DNA of 64,000 nucleotides from Acholeplasmataceae bacterium (GTDB lineage Bacteria; Bacillota_I; Bacilli_A; Acholeplasmatales; Acholeplasmataceae): NCBI GenBank assembly GCA_963667565.1, contig OY763415.1, positions 1,632,001 to 1,696,000 of the forward strand, read 5' to 3'. Shown piece by piece: positions 19,742 to 30,219 of this stretch (position 1 is its first letter; each line of letters starts with the position of its first letter). The notes under the pieces were generated by a model. It saw only the letters and a program-made list of their open reading frames with translations, ran no database searches and was not told where the DNA came from. The position numbers and the translations under genes were made by a program.

Positions 19742-20184
19742 TTTAAACTCTCCTTATAAATATTTTTTATTTTTACAAAGCATCAATGGCTTTGATAAAG
19801 CATTGTTTCATGTATTTTAGAATTGATCATGGGTTATACATAATAAATACACACGTGAAATCATCAAAATTCTTTTTAAATTTTAAGTATAGTTATCATA
19901 TATATTTACATCCATTATGGAATAAAAGGTATTTTGAAATATTTATTAATGTCGCCATAAACATTAAAACGATATGATGTATAGGATTCAAAATAGTTAC
20001 TTTAATTAAGATTTAATGAAGCTAAGGATTAGCTTTTTAAATATATTGATTCATTGAGATTATTGAATCAACATTCAAGCCACATTTAGCAACACTAAAA
20101 CCGCTTTCATTTATCTTTATATTAGCACTCTCATTTTGATATATGTATGTTATCGCATAATCGGTAGTTTTTATTGCACAATTG
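19682..20184 (-). repeat. Diverged inverted repeat, copy B (promoter + leader + signal peptide)
   Basis: Reverse complement aligns with 2481-2966; the core 20096-20184 has 6 mismatches in 89 nt. Confidence 0.85.
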
Positions 20185-20568
20185 GTTTTTATGAATTCTA
20201 ATCACTAATATTCTATTTTTAACTAGCTTAATAGTATCATCATGATGCGCAATTGATGTATTTTGTATATGACCTCATCACAAAAAACACGATCTAGATT
20301 TAATCGCATATTATGTTAGACATATGTGATAAATTTAACGTATATTTTCTGTGCTTTGCTCATGTTTTTGTAAATGAACAAGCAAGCGCAGTCTTTCATG
20401 GTCTAAACTAAGATGATGATCATGTTTTACTTTTTTATCAAACTATCATACAAGAAGAAGAGATCATTGCAAGCCAAGAAAACATCAAATCACTAGATCT
20501 GATGTTCTTTCATTCAAATGTAACACTATGGTCACTTAACATATATGTAAACGCTAGACAAAGATGTA

Positions 20569-21900
20569 TTATGCGTTTTGATTGGATTTTTCGTCATGCA
20601 AAGAAAAGAGTATTGTTATCGTAAACCAACTATTTTTGGTATCTATTCTTACAGAACCATCATATTTATCAACGATATTTTTAATACTTTTGATACCATA
20701 ACCATGATTTGTGGATTCTTGTTTAGTTGTAGCAAGATTACCTTCATCGTAACGAAGTTCATGTTCATAGTAGTTTTCCATATGAATAATGAGTAGATCA
20801 TGTTGAGTATAAACATTTAAATTAATGATTCTTTTATCGCTATCATGAACTTTTAAAACTGATTCCATAGCATTATCAAACATATTACCAAAAAGTGATG
20901 TCATATCCATTGTATTCATGAAATCAATTCTTTTAGCATCAATCGCATATGTAAAATTAATTTGATTTTTATCACAAAAACTTCTTTGAGAGGTGATGAT
21001 GGTATTCATCACACCATTTCCAGTTTCAGCTTGCAAAGCATAATTTCTTAACTCTTCTTCAAAATCTTTAAGGTATTGATCTTTTTTATCTTCATTAGTT
21101 TCAGCACGTATCAAATTTAATTGGTGCTTGATGTCATGATATCTTTGATTTGCAAGTTTGATGTTGTCTTTTGATTGTTGATATTGTATGTAATATTTTT
21201 GAAATGTACCTTCTAATACTGTAATTTCTTTTTGAGCATAAAGTAGTATTTGATATTCTTGCAATACTAATATAACAACGACACCACATAAATCTACTAA
21301 TGTTCTAATATAAAATATTTCATGTGGATATTCACTTGTTAATGCAGATTGTATACCAGAAAATGATAAATTACTTACAAAGAATACAATGACCATAATT
21401 GCAATAATGGTAATCATATTGTTTCTTGAAATTTCAGGTTTATAACCTTTTAAATGATAGTGTTTGTATATTTTATAAAATACATAACCACCTGTAATCC
21501 ATAATATAATAAATAAACCGTATTCAAGCATACCTAAAAATTGATCACTTAAGATGGATCCAAAGAGATAATAAATCTGCCAACCCAGAGCTCCTAAAAA
21601 TTGAGCAAATACAAAGGCCTGACTTGTTAAATATATGGCTTGAATCCAAGTAACTTTACCTAATATGTAGACGTATAAAAACATGAGTCCATAAATACCA
21701 ATGATTGTAGCAATCCACAAATAGTCCGGTAAAAACTCAAAAGAATATTGTACAATCAAAAAAACAAAAAACATAAAAATAATAAAAATTAATCGTTTCT
21801 TAGATTTGATGCGTTGTGGAAGAAAGAATACGACTAATATACAAAATGTCCATTGAAGTACACCATATAGCACTTTAGGAATTGAGCTTCCATCAATCAT
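20569..21900 (-). CDS. Membrane sensor histidine kinase (GHKL, AgrC/VirS-like)
   Basis: Multi-TM N-terminus; H-box YHDIKHQ; N-box GNMFDNAME; HGYGIKSI. Confidence 0.9.
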   Translation of the reverse strand: MIDGSSIPKVLYGVLQWTFCILVVFFLPQRIKSKKRLIFIIFMFFVFLIVQYSFEFLPDYLWIATIIGIYGLMFLYVYILGKVTWIQAIYLTSQAFVFAQFLGALGWQIYYLFGSILSDQFLGMLEYGLFIILWITGGYVFYKIYKHYHLKGYKPEISRNNMITIIAIMVIVFFVSNLSFSGIQSALTSEYPHEIFYIRTLVDLCGVVVILVLQEYQILLYAQKEITVLEGTFQKYYIQYQQSKDNIKLANQRYHDIKHQLNLIRAETNEDKKDQYLKDFEEELRNYALQAETGNGVMNTIITSQRSFCDKNQINFTYAIDAKRIDFMNTMDMTSLFGNMFDNAMESVLKVHDSDKRIINLNVYTQHDLLIIHMENYYEHELRYDEGNLATTKQESTNHGYGIKSIKNIVDKYDGSVRIDTKNSWFTITILFSLHDEKSNQNA

Positions 21901-21901
21901 A

Positions 21902-22615
21902 TTAGAGCCCTTCCTTATAATAATCTGTAAGCGTATTTAAGAAATCTTTTTTTCTAGCTCTACTAATTTTTAATTGTTCATTTTCAATGAGCACATAATC
22001 TTCATGGATGCCACGAATTTTTGCTAAATTGACAATATATGAATTATTACATCTATAAAAATGAAAAGGTGCTAATTTTTGTTCATATTCTTTTAATGAA
22101 CCCCAGATACTGTAGTGTTCAGTAGCTGTGTTAATGATGAGTTCATGTTTTTTACTTTCGATATAGATAATTTGAATCGTATCAATTTTTTTTAATCCTG
22201 AATCGGTATTAATAATAATGAATTGTGAGTTTTGATTACTTAATTTTTTAATTACTTTTTGCATCTCTCTTGAAAACTTGAAGTAAGAGACAGGTTTAAC
22301 TAAAAATGATTGTGCATCAACATCATATCCTTTGACTGCAAAATTAATGAGATTAGTGACAAATATAATAATGACGTTTTCATCAACTTTTCTCACTTCT
22401 TCAGCAGTTTTTAAACCGTTAAGTTGAATTAATTCAATATCTAAGAAAATAATGTCATATTGGCATTTATAATCATCTAAAAGGTTATAGCCATCAGAAT
22501 ATGTATTAATAATAAACTTGATTTGATTAGCTTCAGCAAATTTATTTAAATGTGATATGAGAACGTCAATGTAGCTTTGTTCATCTTCTACAATTGCAAC
22601 ATAATAATTATTCAT
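21902..22615 (-). CDS. LytTR-family response regulator
   Basis: Receiver IVEDE / FLDIE / IIFVT / KP, and LytTR IIYIES..FYRCNNSYIVNL..ISR. Start 22615 follows RBS ggag. Confidence 0.92.
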   Translation of the reverse strand: MNNYYVAIVEDEQSYIDVLISHLNKFAEANQIKFIINTYSDGYNLLDDYKCQYDIIFLDIELIQLNGLKTAEEVRKVDENVIIIFVTNLINFAVKGYDVDAQSFLVKPVSYFKFSREMQKVIKKLSNQNSQFIIINTDSGLKKIDTIQIIYIESKKHELIINTATEHYSIWGSLKEYEQKLAPFHFYRCNNSYIVNLAKIRGIHEDYVLIENEQLKISRARKKDFLNTLTDYYKEGL

Positions 22616-22976
22616 AAATTCATCTCCAAGGATATATAATATCAATGTCATTATATCATAGTATATTTAATTGGTATCTGATTATGTAAATGGACACATT
22701 TTGGTAGTATCTGATACTTTATCGTTGGATTTGACAGGCTTGATCGATATGATGTATCCATATAAAAAGAAGTATATCGATGAGTTTGAGCATATGATTT
22801 TTAAGTCGTCTAAACAACGATTGAAACGAGTCTTCATCTCTATTTTACATCAATAATCAAAAAAGTACCACATTGATTAATGTGATACTTTGACTATTTA
22901 GATAAAATCAGCAGCAGTTATCGATCTAGTTATTCGTTTTTTATTAGCATAACTTTAAAACCACTTCAAATACGGG

Positions 22977-24005
22977 TTAACCTAATTTGATTTTTTTGGT
23001 TAAATATAGATAACTTTTCGTCATAACAAATCCCTTTAATCTAAAAGGCAGAAATGAAACAATTGTATTATAGGATCGATATTTTAAGAAATAATACATG
23101 CTGCGGTCATATGCTTTAACATCTTTCCATAATGTTTTTAAATCTTCTTTTCGCTCTTTCGTATGCTCTCCAGTTGTAAACATCTGAGTGATAATCATCA
23201 TATCGGTTAATGCGTGGCGCATATAGCCTCTTAGCCCTTTGCCCATGTGGTTAATTTCATCAAGTGTATAAAAACTCATGATTTCTCTAAACACTCTGAT
23301 TTGTTGTTTATAGCGTTTAACGATGTTGTGCATTTGAATTGATTGATCTTCTCTACCAATAAAATAATGATATAAAACTTTATTCATATAATACACTGTT
23401 TTTATTTTAGGTAGAGGTTGATAAGCAATAATATTATCTACATAAAATGTATGATGTGGTAGTTTTAATCCACATGATCTAAGGACCTCTGTTTTGTGCA
23501 CTAAAGCATGCATTAATAATGTATTTGAGTATTTAAATTTATGTTTAATATGATCCCAATCAATGATTTTATTTTCTGGGAAGTTTTTGTGATAAGATCT
23601 AATAAAACTTGTGCCTTCTGATAACTTCTCATATTCAAAATTCATCACATATAGTTCAGGAGAATTCCCCTCATCCAAATGTTTTTTAATGGTATCTAAT
23701 AAAAGTTTTCCATTTTCTAAATCTAACCAGTCATCAGAATCGACAACTTTAAAATAAAGGCCAGTCGCAATTTCTAATCCAGCATTAATACCAGATCCAT
23801 GCCCTCCATTTTCTTTATCGACAACTTTTACAGTATGTGGATATTTTTCTTTATAATCGTTTGCAATATCAATAGTTTTATCTTTAGATCCGTCATTAAT
23901 GATAATGATTTCGATGTGCTCTAAATCAAATAATAATGTGTCAATACAACGATGCAAGTACCCTTCAGAATTATATGAGGGCACAATGAAACTAATTAAT
24001 TTCAT
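22977..24005 (-). CDS. Glycosyltransferase family 2
   Basis: SFIVPSYN; INDGSKD; ENGGHGSGIN; VDSDD. Confidence 0.92.
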   Translation of the reverse strand: MKLISFIVPSYNSEGYLHRCIDTLLFDLEHIEIIIINDGSKDKTIDIANDYKEKYPHTVKVVDKENGGHGSGINAGLEIATGLYFKVVDSDDWLDLENGKLLLDTIKKHLDEGNSPELYVMNFEYEKLSEGTSFIRSYHKNFPENKIIDWDHIKHKFKYSNTLLMHALVHKTEVLRSCGLKLPHHTFYVDNIIAYQPLPKIKTVYYMNKVLYHYFIGREDQSIQMHNIVKRYKQQIRVFREIMSFYTLDEINHMGKGLRGYMRHALTDMMIITQMFTTGEHTKERKEDLKTLWKDVKAYDRSMYYFLKYRSYNTIVSFLPFRLKGFVMTKSYLYLTKKIKLG

Positions 24006-24720
24006 TTCTCAATACTTCCTTTTAATATGATATCCCCCCGATGTTCAATATCTAGAATAGCATAGTTTATTCTTTTTATACACAAAAAAATAAAAAGCAT
24101 TTTCGACAATTATTTCTAGAATCATTAAGCACATATGGGGTTTATAGATGATATTTTATGTGTAGTGATTAACCCATTTATGAGTACATAAATGGATATT
24201 AAATCAAAGGATTTTCATTCATAAGCTTAGGATATTTTTTACTCATGTTAAGTATCTAAATATTTAGTTATTTTGTCAATAAAAATTGCTTATGATAACG
24301 TAGTACTTATCAATAGAATTGATGTGTAATTTTTGATAATAAATAGTTGTTTTATACAGTTTAAATCTAGCCATAAAAAGTGGTTCAAATTAGTGTTTTA
24401 GTGTTTTTATACCAACACTATGTGTTGGAATTTGATTTATAGGCTTTTTTAAACACTTTTTAAAGTTTATCAAACGGGTTACTTTTGATATTTTTATGAT
24501 TTATAGATGTTTGAAAAAACAGGTATGATGAGAAATTCTATATTTCAAATTAAAACCGTATCATTTAAGTGTTTATCACGACAATCATCAACGCACTTTT
24601 TGCACTAATAAAATGTTATGAATAAAGGATTAATAAGCATAAAAAAATGTAGTCATTAAGCATCATTTAAGAGATACATATAATGATTACATCATGATGA
24701 TTTCATAGCCATTGGTTTAC

Positions 24721-24749
24721 TTGACATTATATTTGTTGTAAAATAGAAT
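24721..24749 (+). promoter_or_regulatory. Sigma70-type promoter
   Basis: TTGACA-17 nt-TAGAAT upstream of 24788. Confidence 0.65.
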
Positions 24750-24787
24750 TAAAATTTAATTAATCAAATACAAGGGGGAGAAAATAA

Positions 24788-26461
24788 ATGAAATATGTTA
24801 AATTAAGCGTTATGATTATGCTTTTGTTTATGCTTGCCAGCTGTAATCGTTGGAGTGCATATGAAAAAGAACTCGCTGCAGCAGATCAGGCACTACTTGA
24901 GGCAGATTTACTGGATGTAAATGTGATGACAGATATTAAGATTGATGAAAATGGTTCAATCAATAGTGTAAGTGAGGAAGTATCGTTTAATATGAGCATA
25001 GATCCTTATTTTATTTATATTGAAGATCCAGAACCATCGATCATTTATGAAAATGAAGGTAACTATTATCAAGCAGATCTAGGCTCACCATTAACGGATA
25101 CTGGATCTTATGTGATTGATCCTAATATTGTTAATATTGAAATGGCTGAAAGCTTTTCAAACATTAATGTTGAAGGTGAACTTTCCTATCAATTTATTGA
25201 TGGAAAGATTAAAGAAATAGAAGATCATATTTTTCAAATTACAACAACATTTGAAAATCTATTAGAAGATCCATCATTTACAGATCTTGCTTCTTTAGAA
25301 AGCCTTATGACTAGTGATCAATATCATGCGTTTTTAGCAAGTGAAGTCAAGGTTACTGTTGATTTTAATCAGGGGATTAAAATGATGTTAAATCTGTCGA
25401 TGGATATAGAAGATATCGAAATGACCATATCATTAACCATGGATATCAAAATTGCTGAAGGGGCGTCAGTTGATGTTTTAAATGATGATCGATTTTTAGT
25501 TCTTGAAACAAGTGATATCATGAATGCGACAGAAATATATGTGGATCACCCCTTTTCTTATCAAGAAAATTGGGATTTGTATACAAGTGCTTATTTCAAA
25601 ATTTATTTAGAAGAAGGGCATTACTACATTAACGCATCCTCACCACAAATGTATCCGACATTTATGGATTTGAATTATCAAAACTATAATTTAATAGACA
25701 TGATTGAACCCCATTTAATTCTTGAAAATTACCCTTATCGTGCCATTAAAATAGATCAAGCCGGGTACTATTATTTTTCTTTATTTATTAATGGATATGA
25801 AGCATCATCATTTTCTATTGATCATCTAGATTATGATTCTTATCGTGCTGATTCAACGATGGATATCACAAATGGTGGTACTTACACTTTTGAAATAGAA
25901 GGATTACATGATGCAGTTGCTTTTGAATACACAGGTAGTAGTAATGCTATCATTGGTATTGATGGTCTTGAAGATCAATTGAGTTTTCTTACTGAACAAA
26001 ATATCAGTATTTCCTCTTTCTATAATCAAGATAAAAATGCTATTAGTGTGACTGGACCAACAACTGTTTACCTAATTCCTTTTGATGAATATGGTATTAA
26101 AACATATACAGTCACTTTTCAAGTCTTTTATCAAAGCAATAATTTTACCAGTTTAGATCAAATGTATACATTAACATCAACCTTTGACCATATATTTGTT
26201 ACATCTGATGATTTAGCACCTCAATATGTTAAGTTAGAGATCACAGAAGAAGGCGATTACGCATTTTATAAGAATCATATATATAATGACATTGGTAATA
26301 TTGGCACAATTTATGATGAATCAAATCAAATGATTAAAACCGTCAATATTTATACAGGGTCATCTTATCAACTTGCACATTTAGTACCAGGTACTTATTA
26401 TATAGCACTTGTTGCGTTTAACCCTTCAGTCTTTCAATTAAGATATGAAAAGATTTCGTAA
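24788..26461 (+). CDS. Lipoprotein of unknown function with beta-rich C-terminal repeats
   Basis: Lipobox LASC; repeated EEGHYY / QAGYYY / EEGDYA / VPGTYY motifs; RBS ggggag. Confidence 0.75.
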   Translation: MKYVKLSVMIMLLFMLASCNRWSAYEKELAAADQALLEADLLDVNVMTDIKIDENGSINSVSEEVSFNMSIDPYFIYIEDPEPSIIYENEGNYYQADLGSPLTDTGSYVIDPNIVNIEMAESFSNINVEGELSYQFIDGKIKEIEDHIFQITTTFENLLEDPSFTDLASLESLMTSDQYHAFLASEVKVTVDFNQGIKMMLNLSMDIEDIEMTISLTMDIKIAEGASVDVLNDDRFLVLETSDIMNATEIYVDHPFSYQENWDLYTSAYFKIYLEEGHYYINASSPQMYPTFMDLNYQNYNLIDMIEPHLILENYPYRAIKIDQAGYYYFSLFINGYEASSFSIDHLDYDSYRADSTMDITNGGTYTFEIEGLHDAVAFEYTGSSNAIIGIDGLEDQLSFLTEQNISISSFYNQDKNAISVTGPTTVYLIPFDEYGIKTYTVTFQVFYQSNNFTSLDQMYTLTSTFDHIFVTSDDLAPQYVKLEITEEGDYAFYKNHIYNDIGNIGTIYDESNQMIKTVNIYTGSSYQLAHLVPGTYYIALVAFNPSVFQLRYEKIS

Positions 26462-26491
26462 GCAAAAGATATTTTGAATGGATGGTATAAA

Positions 26492-26713
26492 ATGAAATCC
26501 AAATCAAAAAAAGGCTCCAAATACGTAGCAATATTTGGAGGTATCACGGGATTTATTATCGGTATATTAATGTTCGTAGATGAGCAATTTAAGACATATA
26601 TACTCAATCATATTATAATTATTTTATTAATCATAGGATTCATTGGTGGTTATATAGGCGTTATTTATTGGTATGTTATGAATAAAGATTATATAGTTAA
26701 AAAAAGAGGTTAA
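26492..26713 (+). CDS. Small two-TM membrane protein
   Basis: Two hydrophobic segments; ATG at 26492 follows ggatgg (ORF track start 26474). Confidence 0.55.
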   Translation: MKSKSKKGSKYVAIFGGITGFIIGILMFVDEQFKTYILNHIIIILLIIGFIGGYIGVIYWYVMNKDYIVKKRG

Positions 26714-26717
26714 ATAT

Positions 26718-27221
26718 ATGAATAAAGAAGTGAATCTTAATGAGATTAGAATAATAATTGAACCTAATATTGAACCATATATAAAATTTAACTTATTTGC
26801 TATATATAAATATACGTCAATAAAATTATTATATATTATAGCAACTATCATTGGTGTCATTGTGCTTATTTTTGGAATATTTTTGGAGAACTATGTAATT
26901 TCAGTGTTATCTATAGTTTTAATCACATTTAGATATTCATATAATGCACTAATCAAAAAAGTAATCAAGAAAAATGTTAAAAAATCGCCATCAATACTCA
27001 CCCAAACAGAATTAATCATAAACCAAAATGGAATGACTGCAATCACTGACAAATCAGCAACGACACTCACGTGGGAAGATTTTGATTCAATTATTGAAAC
27101 TAAAGATATGATCTATTTATTTTATAATAGAGCACAAGGATTTTACATTGAAAAGCAATTATTAAATAGTCAGCAAATTATTTCATTAAGGGCTTGGAGA
27201 TATAAAGTAAGAGCAAATTAA
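26718..27221 (+). CDS. YcxB-family membrane protein
   Basis: Two TMs followed by W..F..I.ETKD..YL..Y.I.K, like the YcxB C-terminal domain. Confidence 0.7.
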   Translation: MNKEVNLNEIRIIIEPNIEPYIKFNLFAIYKYTSIKLLYIIATIIGVIVLIFGIFLENYVISVLSIVLITFRYSYNALIKKVIKKNVKKSPSILTQTELIINQNGMTAITDKSATTLTWEDFDSIIETKDMIYLFYNRAQGFYIEKQLLNSQQIISLRAWRYKVRAN

Positions 27222-27235
27222 ATCATTTATATAAT

Positions 27236-27465
27236 GAACAAAAAAGGGAGAATTCTCCCTTTTTTTATCCAAATATGAGTGTAAATAAGATGAATAAGTA
27301 GTTTGCTACAACACCACTGACTAATCCAACAATCGTATGTGACAAAATGGCTTTTCCTGTGAGTTCTCTAGCGCCTACACTATCCATCATCGATCCATAT
27401 GTTGATAGATAACCACTCCAGGTTGTACCTATGGCTGTAAAGACTGCGATATCTTTAATGGTTAT
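27236..27465. repeat. Direct repeat, copy 1 (terminator + 3' end of the 33961..35130 gene)
   Basis: About 230 nt, roughly 90% identical to 33933-34161. Confidence 0.92.
27265..27465 (-). pseudogene. Displaced 3' fragment of the Gate-domain membrane protein gene
   Basis: Translates ITIKDIAVFTAIGTTWSGYLSTYGSMMDSVGARELTGKAILSHTIVGLVSGVVANYLFILFTLIFG*; the 5' part is absent. Confidence 0.85.
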
Positions 27466-27726
27466 GTCACCAATAAAGATAAAATTAACTCCCCGTTACC
27501 ACATTATGTTATTGCCGCCAAACTAATCTTCAAAGTAGTAATCTATTATAATACATATTCACATATTAATTAAATTTGTAGTAATTAAAAATTTACATAA
27601 AGAAATAAACATGCTTAGAAAAGCACCTCAACAAAAAAATAAATATGGTCATAATAATTTATTAATCAATCTATAATTTAAAGTATAATAGATACAACGG
27701 GTTGTAAATCGAGAAGGGGTGGAATT

Positions 27727-28542
27727 ATGAAAAAAATATTGACGACATTTTTATTTAATTTTTTGGTTTTATTTGTTTTATTATTAGATATAACATTGCC
27801 TATCAATGCAAGTATGGAAGGATGGACATACCCATCAGATTGGAGTAATGCATTTTATATGTCAAATCCGGAGACTGTTAATATTGATGATGCTTCTAAA
27901 AATTGGACAGCGATACAAACGTGTTGTTTACCAAACTTTGAGTACCAAATTAAAGTGATTAGAGCATATGATTATGAATATGAACAGTGGTATATGGGTT
28001 TAATAATTAATTTTTGGTTGAATCCTAATAATTTTAGATATGAACGATGTAGATCAGATTTAGTTACTATTACCACTTCGGTATTAAATGGTAAAGTGAT
28101 TGATGGCGGGCCAACTAACCAAAATTCATCAACTATAATCAATACTGCAGTTGGTAGTAATTTAGCTATAGGTTTTCAAGGTACTTTAGTGACAACGCCA
28201 GTTTCAGGAAGTTTTACAACCAGTAAAACAGGAACGGTGTATGATTTGTCAGTTTTATCAGAACGCCAAAAAGTAAATACTTCAGATAATTACTATAGAC
28301 AGTTTAAATCTAGTTATGATTATTATAAACCGTATAGAAATAATATAGATTACCTAGAAACAACAAGTAAATTGCAATATGCTGCTATATATAAAGTCAA
28401 TAATCCCTATTCTATGAGTGTGGATATTTCATTTTTTGCAGGAACGGTATTTGATTATTGGTTATGGAATGCGACAGTTACAAAAACTTTAAAACTTGAG
28501 CTTTCAGGTAATTTATTATCAGGTAGCATTTATATTGATTAA
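27727..28542 (+). CDS. Secreted beta-rich protein, putative leukocidin/haemolysin-like pore-forming toxin component 1
   Basis: Sec signal ending INA; IDGGPTNQN followed by an amphipathic S/T/G-rich hairpin. The CDS is certain, the function is inferred. Confidence 0.55.
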   Translation: MKKILTTFLFNFLVLFVLLLDITLPINASMEGWTYPSDWSNAFYMSNPETVNIDDASKNWTAIQTCCLPNFEYQIKVIRAYDYEYEQWYMGLIINFWLNPNNFRYERCRSDLVTITTSVLNGKVIDGGPTNQNSSTIINTAVGSNLAIGFQGTLVTTPVSGSFTTSKTGTVYDLSVLSERQKVNTSDNYYRQFKSSYDYYKPYRNNIDYLETTSKLQYAAIYKVNNPYSMSVDISFFAGTVFDYWLWNATVTKTLKLELSGNLLSGSIYID

Positions 28543-28650
28543 TACAATCCGTTACATTTTATAAATATTCAAAACTTATGATATTGCTTTAAATTACATT
28601 ATTGATATATAATCAAATTGATGGATTATAGTCAATAAAGGGGCGGAATT

Positions 28651-29472
28651 ATGAAAAAAATATTGAGTTCAATTATTATTACTTTCTTAGTAAGTGTATT
28701 TTTTTGCTTGAATTTTGGAATAGATGTTAATGCAAATCTAGAGGGATGGTCTTATCCATCAGAGTGGGAAATGGTATACTATCAATCAAATCCAGTGCTT
28801 GTTGATATGGAGACAGTAACAGATAGTAAACATACAAGTAAGGTTTTTTCTACATGTGAACCATTTTTTGAATATCAAATTACAGTGTTAAAAGCATATG
28901 ATTACAGCTATTCTAAATGGTACATGGGGTTAGTGGTTAATTTTTGGTTAAGTCCAAATAACATAAGTAACGACAACTCTCGTTCAGATTTAGTAAAGAT
29001 TACTACTGCAGTTCCTAATGGTAGTTTAATAGATGGGGGACCATATAGCCAATCTTCATCAACTACAATTACGACATCAATTGGAGGAAATCTGTCAATT
29101 GGATTTCAAGGGAACATGCCAACTGGTTCAATATCTGGTAGTTTTACATCAAGTAAAACTAAAACCATATATGATTTAACGGTTTCAGCATACAGAGAAA
29201 AAATCAATTCTTCTGATAGTTATGCTCGACAATTTAGAGTTAACTATGATTATTATGATCCATATAGAAATAACGTTGCTTATTTGGAATCAACTAGTAA
29301 ACTTCAATATGCAGTTATTTATATTGTTAATAATCCAACTGCAGTGAGTATGGATTTAGTTTTTAATGCAAGAACAGTTTATGATTACTGGTTATGGAAT
29401 GCTACAGTTTCTCAAAAGGAGACTTTGGAAATTAGTGGCAATTTACTAACAGGTAATATTGTTTTAGCATAA
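28651..29472 (+). CDS. Secreted beta-rich protein, putative pore-forming toxin component 2 (paralog of 27727..28542)
   Basis: Signal ending VNA; IDGGPYSQS-STTITTSIGGNLSIGFQG..GSISGSFTSSKT; shares DYWLWNATV and the RBS context aaggggYggaattatg. Confidence 0.55.
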   Translation: MKKILSSIIITFLVSVFFCLNFGIDVNANLEGWSYPSEWEMVYYQSNPVLVDMETVTDSKHTSKVFSTCEPFFEYQITVLKAYDYSYSKWYMGLVVNFWLSPNNISNDNSRSDLVKITTAVPNGSLIDGGPYSQSSSTTITTSIGGNLSIGFQGNMPTGSISGSFTSSKTKTIYDLTVSAYREKINSSDSYARQFRVNYDYYDPYRNNVAYLESTSKLQYAVIYIVNNPTAVSMDLVFNARTVYDYWLWNATVSQKETLEISGNLLTGNIVLA

Positions 29473-29507
29473 AATTTAAAGCTGACTATAATCCATCAAA
29501 ATACAAT

Positions 29508-30219
29508 AGAGGTGAAGACATGCTAAAAATAAAAGACCTAAGTAAAAAATACGATCAACAAATAATATTAGACAACATCAATATAGAGTTTAAAGAAAAG
29601 GGATTCTATGTATTATTGGGAGAAAGTGGTGCAGGGAAATCTACATTATTAAAAATGATTTCGCTTTTTGAAGAACCAACCCATGGCGAAATCATCTATC
29701 AAGGGAAAAATATCTTAGAAAACAAATCAAATGTCATAGGTGAGAAAAGAAACACGATGTTCAGTTATATTTTTCAAGAGTTTAATCTTATTGAATATTT
29801 AACAGTCAAAGAAAATTTGATGTTGGTAGAACACCGAGATGTTAATCAAATTAAGGAAGTACTTGAAACATTTGGACTAGGCGAATATTTAGAACAAGAA
29901 GTATCAAAACTATCGGGTGGAGAGAGACAAAGAGTCACAATAGCCAGAGCGATATTAAGAGATACACCGATATTAATCGCAGATGAACCAACAGGTAATC
30001 TCGATCAAAAAAACAGTGAAGAGGTTATTAAAATACTTGAAGAAGTATCAAAGACAAAGCTAGTTATTATGGTGACGCATAATGAATCTTTACTAGATCA
30101 ACATGTAGATTATATATATCGAATCGACAATCACAAACTCATCTTAGAACAAGATCAACATAAGATCTATGAACAAGAAGTAGACGTTAAGCAACATAGC
30201 GATAGAAAAGATAAATTAG
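29508..30219 (+). repeat. Near-identical ~710 bp direct repeat (RBS + ATPase domain), copy 1
   Basis: Matches 31688-32399 at offset 2180, with few and mostly synonymous differences. Confidence 0.95.

Noticed and set aside
2828..19977. Many 60-155 aa ORFs overlapping or antisense to the long genes (e.g. 3133, 4401, 6062, 10302, 11478, 14564, 15910, 19786)
   Set aside because: Shadow frames of well-supported genes or of a leader region; no RBS or motifs.
2481..20184. Active 17 kb invertible (phase-variable) segment between the inverted repeats
   Set aside because: The repeats are diverged outside an 89-nt core, no invertase is adjacent, and both ends carry equivalent promoters, so flipping would change little.
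20340..20500. Possible c-di-GMP riboswitch (ggtctaa) or gene remnant
   Set aside because: Lacks the GGCAAA/GAAA/GCAAA GEMM elements; only a short hydrophobic-basic frame is present.
24006..24787. 780-nt intergenic region with small hairpins (ccaacac-tat-gtgttgg)
   Set aside because: No recognisable ncRNA, repeat array or ORF; consistent with divergent promoters in AT-rich DNA.
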